From: Raillietiella orientalis
Taxonomy: Eukaryota
Assembly: GCA_036172245.1 (NCBI GenBank)
Contig: JAYWIR010000006.1
Location: forward strand, 4,960,001 to 5,024,000
Reading direction: 5' to 3'
Length of the DNA stretch: 64,000 nucleotides
Part shown: in pieces, positions 37,206 through 48,600 of the stretch
How positions within the stretch are numbered: the stretch's first letter is position 1
How the letters are laid out: each line of letters begins with the position of its first letter
Translations under genes and position numbers: made by a program
Notes under the pieces: model-generated
What the model saw: only the letters and a program-made list of their open reading frames with translations
Told to the model about the DNA's origin: nothing
Databases searched by the model: none

Positions 37206-39214
37206 GTAAATCTGGCACGACCGATCGGCGGACGCAGAGGACAGAAGAGGGCGGGGCAACTTGCACCACCCACGAATCCATCGGAGGCGGCGGACCTTCT
37301 TCCTGCGTCCTCGTCCCTTCCGATTCCCGTCTCACCCGCCCCTTCCCTGTCGGTGCCCGCGCGCGCGCGCGGCCGGTCGCGGGCAACCGTTTGCCACTCC
37401 GGACGGTTCCTACTGGCAGACTTCGGTGACCTCAACAAGGGAGGGGGAAGGGAGGAAAACCGACCGGCGTACTCTCCGGCATCCAGTGGAACCAGACGGA
37501 CTGCGAAACGACCGTGTGCTCTCTGAGGATCCAGGGCGCTCGCGCCGGACAGAACGGCGGATCTGCAGGCGGGCGCCGCCGCCCGGCGCCTCGGAGGCCG
37601 CGTCCCGCGCCCGGACGTCCAGAGGGGGAGGAGCCGACAGTTCAGTCGGTCTTCGTGAACCCTTCGTTCCCACCGACGCATCCTCGAGCTCTTCCCGGAT
37701 GCTACCTCTAGGCTTTTCCTTCGTCCCATCATGTCCACCTGGAAACGAAGCGTCCCCTAACCCCCCCCCGTGCGCGCAGCACTGCCTCCTCCGCCTTCCC
37801 GAAGACGATTTCAATGCCGTCACCAGGGGTCCCGCTGTGGAGGAGGCGCCCCGGTTGAATAGCAGCCAAGACAGAGACCAGAACCACTCCTCCAGAACAC
37901 TTCTCGTTGTGACCCTAGGCTTTCCCACTCCCGGGAAGCGAATGGTCACATTGCACCTTCGCCTCCCGTGACTCTGGCAGCTGTCGTTGGCAAAGGGTTG
38001 CTGCTGCTGCTGGCTTCAGGAGACGGACGGAGATCGTTGGCCACGCGCCGCGGCGACCAGCTCGGAGAACGGTCGGGAACCGCCGCGCAGCGGACGTCAA
38101 CCTGCGGACCCCCCACCTAGCGGGAGCTCTGTGAGGTTCCGCACCGCGGGAATCTCGGAGAGCCGGGGCCGTCCGCTTGAGTGGCCCATGGAGAACGACC
38201 TTCCTCCCCTTCTGTGCTCTTGGTCTCGTCCGCGCTCCCCACTGGTTGGTCCACAGGCACGGCTGGGACCTTTCCGTGAAGGCTTCGAGACTCCATGCCC
38301 CACTGGAGGCCACTCGCTCTCTTCTTCCCAGGATGCCGTCAGAAACCTCCCTCCCCCTCCCCCCTTCCGCGACTTCCTCGTTAATGTTTCCTTCATTCTC
38401 CTCCTGTCAAGCTTGCTCTTTTCGTCGCACAGGGTGGAATCGAGGAAGAAGTGGGAAGAAGGGAAGAGAAGGAAGGGAGGAAAAAAGGAAGACGTGAAAA
38501 GGACAAGGAGGGGAAGAGGAAGGAGGACAAAGGGAAGAGAGAAGGAAGAGAAGAGCGGGAAGAAAAAGATAACGGAGTACTGGCTCGTGGAACGCAGCGC
38601 GGAATGATCGAGGAAATCATGGAATTGCCTCCGGCAGCTGCGCCAGCAGGGAGTCAGTTGAAGGCTGCCCTTCCGAGAAAAGCAGGATCTCCGTGGCGAA
38701 GAGACGGAAAAAGAGTGAAGAGTTGGGATTTGCGAAGGAGCAGGTCCATTTGCTCGTCCCCACCCGACCCTGGCAATGACTTCCTCCTGCCGCTTCCAGC
38801 TCGTTGAGCCGAATGTGGTGACCAGTAGCTCCAGGAGCGGGTTTGCGCCGCCTTTGGCAAAGGGGGAGTAAGGAAGGTTGAAGGAAAGAGGCGCTGATCG
38901 CCGCCTTCGTCGCTGGCGATGATGGCACCCAAGGATCCTTCCTCCTCTTTCCTCCCCCTCATCCAGCCTGGGGCTGTCCTTCCCCGGCGATGCCGTCCGC
39001 GGGGAATCGCGGTCTCAACTGCCAGCCAAGGTCACTCCTCACTTCCCAGGTCTCCCTTCCGCTCGTGGCAACGATGACCGCCCACCCGGCAGAGCGGGGA
39101 GGAGGAGACCGGCGGCGACCTCCCGCTGCGCGACTGCTCGGACCGCGTGGTCCGCAGCGGCCGCATCCCGAGAGGTCGCGAGCACGAGCGCGGCCCCGTG
39201 ACTGCAGCCTCGCG

Positions 39215-39500
39215 CCCGGAGGCACCACCGAGCGTCGCGGGTTCGAATCCCTCCTGCGGAGGAAGGAGCGACGTCGAGAAATGAGGGGGTGCGTCGTGTA
39301 GGTTTCGATTCCCTCCCGCCCCCCCGAAGATGAACTCTGGTTGACCCTTGGGTTGGCTTCGGGTGCGTCACTGGTGGAAGATCCCCGTTGACCGAATTCC
39401 CATTGACCGACCGGGATCGGAAGCTGACCCTCCGGGGTCATTCCGGGAATGAAGGGGCCAGTTTCCTTCGGGGTTCCTCTCCGATGGCGTGAATGGAGCA
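39215..39500 (+). mobile_element. tRNA-headed SINE copy (head and start of body)
   Basis: GCGTCGCGGGTTCGAATCCC (B box at ~39240), a second B-box-like GGTTTCGATTCCC (~39301), and TTCGGGTGCGTCACTGGTGGAAGATCCCC. Confidence 0.75.
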
Positions 39501-41044
39501 GTCCCCCTCTACCCTCCCCCCGAAGCGCGCCCTGCGAGCAGCGCCGGGAACCGTTGGTGGCGTCGTTCCTATGGCAGAAAACCAGAGTGCAGCAACTCCT
39601 GCAGGTGCTCCCGAATGAAGGACCTCGCGAGAGGTCACCTCATCCGTCCCCAGGAGAAATGGAAGAAAGGGACGGATCCCTGACCTGGAAGTGCAGCAGG
39701 AGGAAGAAGCAGAGGGCTTCACGGGGGAAGACTCTCCTGGCTGGACCAGCACTTCAGCAAGAAACGAGAACGGAATGCGCCGTTGCGTCCCTTCCAGGGA
39801 GGGAGGGACCCCCCGAAGGAAGTGCGCGGCTCGCCGCGGTCTTCCTGCCCTGCTTCCTCCCCTTCCCCTACCTCCCTTACACTCGCCCCTAGGGCAGGTC
39901 GGTGCTCCGAGTGCTCTCGCCTTTCCGATGAGGAGAGGGTGGACTTGGATGCTGCCGTGGCGCGACGGGTGGACCTGCCCTGCCGTGGCGTCCGCCAAAC
40001 CAGCGCGACCTGGTGGAAGACGACAGTGGCGCCGCGAGGGAGACTGCGCACGGCGCTTTCCCCGGGCCTCCCGCGCGCCGAGGGAAATCCGGCGTTCGGA
40101 CCACAACCGTGAGGGGGGTAGCGCTTCCCGCTCGCGAGCAGCAGGAAGTTCACTCTGAGAAGGACCGGCAGGGTCACCGCGGTCGCGTTTCCCGAGAGCG
40201 TCTGCGGCATCGACGGAGACGCGTCCCCGCCGGAGGCGGGACACCTCCCTAGGGAAACCGTGTGATCCTCGAGTGCCCCGCGCCCAGCCCGATTGGCCCC
40301 TGGCCCAGGCCGGGGGTAGTGATGGCATAGCGTTCGGATTCGCCCCGGCTGGGAAGAAAAAAGACAGTTCGAGTGACCTCCAGCTGGCCCCCTACGCGAA
40401 AGGAGCGCGCCGAGACCCGGTTCCGCCTGCGACCCCCCTCTTTGCTCGCCGGTCCCACCTCTCCGCTCTTGCTGGAGTTGCCGGGTGGTCCTCTCCCCCC
40501 ACGAGTCCCGGGGACGGATCGACCCGCAAGCTTCCCCAGGTCGTCCGGGGCGAGGGGGTGTCCTCGCGCCTCCCCGGGAAGCGAAGGTGGGAACGCTCAC
40601 GCTTTCCTGGCTTTCCGGGTCGACCCAGCAACCCGGTGGCTCCAGCATCAAGCAGAAGGTCGGGGATGCAGCGCCACCCTCGTCTCCTCTCGGTGGCTTG
40701 CAGGTGAAACCCAGTCTGGTTCCCTGCGACAGGTGCCCGAAGGCAACCTGTGGAGGAGACACATGGAGAAGAACGGACCCTCTGCCTCGCGGAAAGGAAC
40801 GCGTGGCCCAAGGGCGCTTGGCGTCCGAACCGAAGAACGACCGGACATTCCAGAGGAGAAGCGGGAGGCAAAAAGACGACCGGCTGGAGGGTAGCGCGAC
40901 CCGAAGGACCTGCCAGCCGCCAGCGGACGCTGCAGCAGGTGCGGCCCGGACGCGGTCACCCAGGTCGCGGACCATGTGTAGTCCGACCAGGGCGAGCACG
41001 GACCTCCAGTCCCTCGGTCTTCCCGGAAGACCGCCCGGACGACG

Positions 41045-41660
41045 CCCTTCCGACGAGACTCATTCGGGTAACGGATAAAACGGATGCCTCCGAAAAGAAT
41101 CAAGGAGTCCCTTCGGCCTTCCCCTCTGATAGTGAAAAGGAAACGTCCCTTGCCCCTTCCTTCGGGACCACCTTCCGTCTCGTACCATGGAGCTGGTTGA
41201 TGCCTGTCCAGAGTGCCAGGCAGGCCGCTCCTTCGGGGAGCGCTCTTCAGAGATATCGGGAAGAGTCCCTTCGGGATTCTCTTCAAAGGAGGGAACAGGG
41301 AGCGGATTCTTTCCTTGAAGTCCCTCCGGAGAAGCAAAAAGGAACGATTCCCTCCGGGGATACCTTCGTAGGGAACCAGGGTGGAGGGTTCCCTTCGGGA
41401 ATCTCTTCCAGACTTGACTGATTTCTTCCTTTCTTCTTCCTTGATTCTGTTTCCTGGAAAGATCCCAGAGGGTCGACTCCCAGACCCGTGCACTCATTGG
41501 GGGCATCCGGTTGTATCCGCTACAAGTGCCGCACCCTACGCCTACAGGGCAACTAGCACCATCTCTCGGGAGGAACTCGAACTCACGACCCGTCCATGTC
41601 TACCTGGTGTCGACCCCTCCCCAGGCGAGATTCGAGCACGCGACTCCGGGCGCCTTTGCA
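41045..41660. mobile_element. Composite of SINE parts: plus-strand linker and hairpin body (41045-41420) converging on a minus-strand head (41435-41660)
   Basis: The body matches 55960-56260 in plus orientation. On the minus strand, 41435-41660 reads as B-box-like head, linker and AGAATCAAGGA. Confidence 0.65.
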
Positions 41661-42662
41661 CGCGGAGGTTGCAGTCGCACGGTCTCAAATGCGGGCATTC
41701 GACTCACCTATTCCCTTCGACTGGAACGCCGCGTGGGGCGGTCCGGTCGTAGGGAGGTGATCCTGCTGGAGTCAGAAAGAGCGGACCACTCCCACCTCGC
41801 CCTTGACGAAGGGCTCCTTCCCCCCGCAGGGTCCGACCGGATCCCCTGGACCTTGCCCGACCACCCCTCGAGTTCCCCGAACCTGCCCCGCGTCGGATGT
41901 CTTGAAGGACCAGCGTCCTTCCGCCGGTAGGCGAAGGTCAGGACGCCGATCCTCCGCAACTCGGTCCAAGCAGACCTCGCGTCATCTCGCGCGCTTCCCG
42001 CCGCTTCGCTCTTACTCGATGGTGACGCGGGGATGCGGGTCGGCGGTGGCCGGGATAGAGCCCGTGCGACCATTCCGGTAAAGATGGAGATGCTGACTCC
42101 TCGAGTGACTCCCCTCTGCCTCCCTTTTCCGGAGCGCCCCCCTCCGCTTGCGTCCGGCTGCAGTGTTTCTCCCTTCTGTTCCGGTCCATCATCCGTCCCT
42201 TCGACTGCGCTCTCTCCCTGGTAACCACGCCCTGCGCCGCGCTCCCATCCTGCGCCTCTGCAAGAGACTTTCCTCCTCACGGCAACGCTCCGTCTGCCTT
42301 GGCCCGGCAGGTGGGCGACGCGAAAGGGAGACGGAGGCGGTAACCCAGGGAGAAGGCGAAGAAGATGATACGAACGGGATGCAAGAATTCCTGAGTCTCC
42401 GCGCCTGGCAACTTCCCGCGCTCGCCACCTGCGCAACGCAGAAGGGGCTCCACTCCTCTCCCCCCTCGGTGAAGTCGCCTGTCTCCGTGCCGAGATCGGC
42501 GTTCCCGGGAAACCAAGGAAGGCCGTCCACCCTCAGAGGAAGACGACCTTTCTAGCATCGACCGACGAAAGGTGCCGGCTCGGAAATCACTCGCGGCTGA
42601 GATGGCCAATTTCCACGGAGCAAAAGACATCAGCTCTGTATTTAGCAGCGGAGGCAACACTG

Positions 42663-45600
42663 TCAAACCGCGTCCCTCGGAGGCGACTCTATCGTCATGG
42701 TGACCGGGCCGTCGTTTTCTATGTGGACGGTCATGTAGGCGCCGAACTTTCCATCTGAAAAACAGGAGGGTTCCAATTAGATGACGGCAGGGGCTCCCAA
42801 GAACTCCGCGAACGACTCCCAGTTTTATCCACTACTAGTGCGGCACCCGAATAGAAACCAACCAGCGTCATCTCGCGGGGGAGAACTCGAACCAACAACT
42901 AACCCCCCATCTCTCGGCGTCGGTCTTTCCCCGGGCGGGATTCAAACCGCGAGTGACTCCCGTACTCTTCAGCAGCCAGACATCAGGCGGGTGACCCCGC
43001 GGAGGCAGCAGGACGAGGTCACCCAGCAACATTAACGACAGCAACCACACATGGGTGAGGGAGCCGCATGGCGCCGCATCCCGCCGACGGAGCTCCCGGG
43101 ACGCCGTCCCACGGCGCGTGGGAGGACGCGGCGGCAGAAAGCGCATGCATGACTCTCAGAATCACGCGTCGCTCTATGAGCAGGCGGAAGGAGCCTGCAG
43201 CCAAGCGACCTGCAAGCCTTCGGGACCTTCCGGCACGCCCTCCCGGCCGACATACCGCACGCGGCACGAAGCAGCCGAGGATGCTCCGCACGAAAGGCCG
43301 TGAGGATGGCAACGCCGAGGCTCGGGGACGTACGGAACCGGAACACCCGTAGATGGAGCATCCCGGAAGAACAGAGGGGAACCGGAGGAAACGCGGACTC
43401 CCTTGAATGAGCTCCAGAAGAAGAGCGGAGACTGCAACGCCCCCGAACCTCCCCCTCCTCGCAGACTGTTCCGAGGAGGAGTGAAGCGAGGCGAAGCCGA
43501 AATGCAAGGCGCGCCCAGGCGGGCAACGACAAAAAAAAACGGGAGTGCCCTCTGAGAGCCGATCGAAGTGCTCCGGAGCGGGGGCCAGGGAAAACGCGAG
43601 CAAGACCGGGTCGTGGCAGCGTCATCTCGTCGAACCACACCTACCCCTCCCGACTTGGCACCTGGAAAGGTGGCGCGCAGGAGGGAAAATGGGAGACGGC
43701 GCCGACCAAGGCAGCTTCGCGTCTCAGCGGGCGGTGGGCGCGGTCGATCCTTCCGGAATTGCCGACGCGACGCACCGCGGCCGGAACGAGCCGTCCACGT
43801 GGACGGGAATTCGGAACCCGGCTGCTGAGCGGTCGGTGTGTCCCCAGAGGGTCGATATGCCGCGACCCGACCTGCACCGCGCAGTGCTCGGTGCTTCCCA
43901 ACAGTTCCCTCGCCCCGCCGCGGGTGCCGGGCTGCGCTCTCCTGCTCACGCGAGGGAGCAAAGGAGGGGCCGGGGACTTTGGCTGAGGAGTTGCGCCGAG
44001 GCCGAGTCTGACGCTGAAAGAGTCTGATCATCTGAGCAATCAACGCCGAGTATCGAGGAAGGATGTGCCTCGCGGGACGTGAACGCCCGGAACTCCCCCC
44101 GGGGCAACCCGAGTACCTTTGACGAGCTCCTCTTGGTGCTCGGATCTCAGCCTGTCGATGAATCTCCCGTAGAACTCGCGGGATGCGGCCGCCGGCATGG
44201 CGCCGTGGAAGTCGGGCTTGTTGCCCTTGAGGGTGGCCTGCAGGGTGAACTGGCTGACGCAAAGGACTTCAAGGCCCCTGTCCCTGACACTGGACCCCCA
44301 CCTTCTCCCTTGGTCATCTTCGAAGAGGCGGACGTTCAGGATCTTCCTCACCCTGAAACGCAGCCACCTCTGTTCCACCCTCTCCGGCCCCCCGTTTCCT
44401 CCTCACGCCCTCCTGGTGGACGTGGCCCGCACCACCGCCGCCACCCCTTTCCTCCCGGGTCCATTGTGGAGGTGCGTATGTCCCTGCGTCCGCATCTCCG
44501 GAGGCGGGAGCGCGCGCGAAGCGACGCCTCCCCCCTCCGTAAAGGCAGGAGGCGGGCCACGCCCGTCGGGGCGATGACCCCTCGCTTCGCAGGGCAGCAG
44601 GGGACTCTATCCCGGTTCGCCTTCCTCGCAAAGAAGGGCCCCTCTCCCCGAAGATGTGAAAGCCTCCCCCCCCCCCCGAAAAGCCTCCCGAGGGCTGCCA
44701 CACCGGCTGGACCCCCTGGATGCGTTTCAACAAGTCGGTACTGCCTCCCGTGCCGACGCCGAGAAGCGAAGCGACGCGCGGTCCGGAGGTTGGCCGGCGG
44801 GGGTGAAGAGGGGCGGGGAAAGACCGCACGGTTCCGACGCGCCCCACGAGAGCCGGAACGGACAGGCAGCGGACCCCCCGAACGCGTGACCTGACAGCCG
44901 AGGAAGTTCCAGGGCGGCAATACCTGAAGTTCGCCGCCGCCGCCTCTGAAGACACTGCAAACACCACAGCAGCTCCAGCAGCTGTTCAGGATGCAGGGAA
45001 CACGCCTGACCGCTCTAAGCTGTCGGCTCGAGGCGAGAACCCGTCAGGCCAGAAGAACACATACACGGAGGTTGAGGACGGAGGGGCGCGTGGAGAGGTC
45101 ACTCAGCCACCTGGCACAGCGCGGCAATGTTCGAAGAGAGGGAGCGAAGACGGGAGAGTCTCTGCGGCGGCACGGCTTCCAGCGCTCTGGGGTCAGGAGA
45201 AGGGGTGGCGCCAGTTCGAAGGAAGGCGCCTTCGAACGAAGGGACGGAAACCTACGCGCCTGCCCCCGTGTCCCCAGTCGAGGGCAGGACTGCCGCTTTC
45301 CAAGAGACGAAACATCAGTGGAATCCGCTGACCACCCGCGCCAAGGCTACGTAGCTCTTCTGACCTCCAAGGCGCGAGGAACGACCTCGGTGGAATCTGC
45401 TGAGCCATGATCACTTTGATCCTTCTGTTCACTTTGCTCAGGAAACAGAAGGCGGCTGTTGGCGGCAGAAACGCCAAAGGATCCGCTCGAAACTTCGAGA
45501 AGGGCCGGCTAAGTCCACAGGGAAGTCCGCGGAGAGGATGGCTGTGTCTGCGCGGGAAGACACCGCGGAGACGCGCGCAAGAAAGGCTCCACCAAGGGGA

Positions 45601-48600
45601 ACGCGAAGCGGTGCGCAGAGGACAGGAAGCCCCGGTAGGCTGGGGCCACCCGGCACGCCGCTCCAGACGAAGGAAGCGACGCCTCCCTCCTCGCGGCAGG
45701 GCGGAAGAGGAACGCCTCGGCACCCCACCTGCCGCTCCTGTCGAAGGGTGTCTGCGTGCGTCTCCGAGGCTGACAGCTCGCAGGGCACCGGGCCAAGTGT
45801 CCCACCGGTGCGGCGTCGGGCAAAGGAGAGCGGGCAGGAACAGGCGGCAGTCGAAAGTCTCTCCCCGGCAGGGAAAGACTTCCTTCCCCCCCTCCTAGTC
45901 CCGTTCCATCTCCCCTTTGTCTCCTTGCTGTGGACCTCGGACGAAGTGCTCCAGGGCGCAAGAGGAAGGCAAGAGGCCGACCCAAGGAAGGAATCTGGCG
46001 ACCAGGGGAAGGAGGCGCTCGGGCGGGGAGTGCGACCCCTGGCGAGTGGGAGGAGTAGCCGTGGAAACGCGAGAAGGAGGAGGAGACGCGGCCTCCCTGG
46101 CACCGGGCAGCCAGCCGCGGGCACCCGAGAGGAACGCAGAGGGGCGCGCGACGAGTTCGGTTCCTGCGGCTTGCAGGAACGAAAGGGGGGGGGGCACGGG
46201 GTCGGCCAAAGAGCGGACGCCGGAAAGCGCGGAGGCAGGGTGGGTCACTCACATGTGCTCCAGATCGCGGTCCTCGTCCGAACCCGATATGCCCACGAAA
46301 ACGCACAGGCCCCTACCGATGCTGCTGACCACCTCTTCACCGACTGCAACAGAAAGGAAAGAGCCAGGTGAGCCGGGGCGCTTCGCCCGGGGTGATCATG
46401 TCGTCTTCCGTCCCTCACTCCCTCCCTCTCGCCAGGTCCCTCTCCCCGTCGAAGAGCTCCCTGCCAGCACAGAAGCAGGGAGGTTCAAAGGAGAGCGAGG
46501 GAGAGGGTTGCCACGCAGATGGCAACGCGCGGGGGGGGGGGGCAGAACCTCCACCCAAACAGAGGGACGTCAGCCACCCCATTACCGGCAACAGGCAACA
46601 AGAGGGATGGGGACAGAGTGCGGACCAGAGTGCAGTCTCCTTGCTGCCGGAGGCCAGCGCTTCCGGAACATGGCCCGGACTCCCTGTCTCGCCCGAGAGC
46701 CCCTGTAGTTCACTCGCGCCATCTGTCCTTATGAAGCAGGAACTTCCTGAGTTTTCGCTGGAAGGAAAGAATTCCGGCTCTTTCCTGATGACTGCCTTCA
46801 TCCCCCGAGGTACCGCAGCGCGGGATCGGTAGCCAAGGGGCCGCTCGTTTCCGTGGAAAGGACGGTTGTGGCCGAAACTGCGGTGAAATTCTCATGCTTT
46901 ACGTGTGGATGCTCCCGTCCGTGCCATCTATCGGTCTGACGGCGCACTCACGAGGCTCGCCTGCCATCTATCGTCGGATCGCCGAGATCGGCATGAAAAG
47001 CGCCAACTTTCTTCCTGCATCGGCACACACGGGAAGAGTACCTCTACAGGAAGCGGGCGGTCCAGAGACCCTGCATTGGACGGAAGCAGTACCGCTGAGC
47101 CCATGGAACTTACACACGTGTGATCAGCAAGATGCTTTCCTACCTCATCGCGGACAGAGGCAGACAAAAATGGAACGGAGGAGGCGACGAAGGGAAGAAC
47201 AAGAGAAATTTCCAAGAGAGGAGGAACAATAGGATGAAAGAGGAGAGAGGATGGGGAAAAAGGAAGGACGAGGATCAAGAGGTGATGAGGGAGAGAAGAG
47301 TGCCACAGGAAATACGGAAAAACTAGAAGATGGAGATGAAAGAGAGGAAAGAAGCGGGAGAAGGGGGAAAAAACGTTCTTTGCTGCCAGAACGAGCTCCT
47401 GTCCAGCTGACCATAAGCACGTGTTCATTTTCATATAGAGGTCAACTGGCTGCCGTGTACGTGCTCGGGTGGCCTCTAAGATCGCCGGAGGTGCATTCCG
47501 ACAGAGAGGCCTCCCTCTGAAAGTCACTTCTCTTCTCCCGGAAGACCGTTCGTGCTGACTCTGGCTTCTTCGCTTAGTCAGAGACCGGTGTCCTCGAGAC
47601 ACTGCCGCTACCGCCAGCCTACCTCTTGACGCGTATCCGTGGCAACCACGACGAGTGGTGAAAACACGCCACGCTGCCTGATCGGCGTCTTCGCTGAGAG
47701 GGGGTCGAAGCTGCTCGACAACTGAGGAGCAGCACCGTCCGAGGTCCCACGTGTGCGCCTTCCAGCACGGAGGCTTTCGGATGCATTCCAGGGAGCACCC
47801 CTCTTGAAAATGGAATGTGGACCTTTGACCTCCCATACACAAACGGCAGCACCCACCCGCTGTTTTACGAGTGGACTTTTCGAATCTTGACGAGGTATCT
47901 CCAGAGCTCTGGAAACGCTTGAAGGTTTCTTCGCTACGGAACCCCACACTGCGCGCGTTGTGCGTCGGAACCGACACATGGGATCCCCCGACCCCTCCCG
48001 CAAAGGACTCTTTTTTTTCCTTCCCTTCCCTTTTTTTCCCCCTCTCGACTACTGGATGCCGTGCACGAACACCAGTGTTTCGTCCGATGGCGGCTTTCCT
48101 GTCGAACTGGAATGGGGAAGACGTCCTCGGGACCTAGGCACGGTTCTTGGGGGCTTTGGGGAAGACGTCCTCGGGACCTAGGCACGGTTCTTGGGGGCTT
48201 TGGGGAAGCATGTTGACGAACGTGCTGCTTGCTTGGGCTTTTTTCCGCGTTCCCAAGATCGTCTCGCGGTGGCAGTGTCCCAAAGGCATTCACGGAGTCT
48301 GTGAAGACGGCGCGAACGTTCCGGGACCGGCGGCGAGAAGAGTCCAGACTCGTCTGGGAACGAAGCTTCGTCCCGGTGCTCCATCGGAGGGCAGGAAGCC
48401 CTTCCGCCAAGCACCGACCACTTCGCTCTTCACAATCCAGGCTTTTTAGTCTGGAAGCCAGGCGCGCGGCGCATATTCCACACACGCTACTGACGGTGGA
48501 AATCGGCCTCCGGCTGGAGACGTCATCCGCCGCGAAGGAGCTTTCTGGGATGAACACCGTTTCCGTGCGTTTCTGGTCCTCCGGATTCCCACGAAATTCC

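Noticed and set aside
37780..38030. APE endonuclease motifs (DDFNA, WLQET) of a LINE
   Set aside because: The motifs are in the wrong order for an APE domain and are separated by a stop codon, so this is insufficient for a call.
46787..46801. Second MKAVI start identical to the first 15 nt of DTD1 exon 1
   Set aside because: The match stops after 15 nt, there is no QRV motif or suitable donor, and a chance 15-mer match within 64 kb is plausible.
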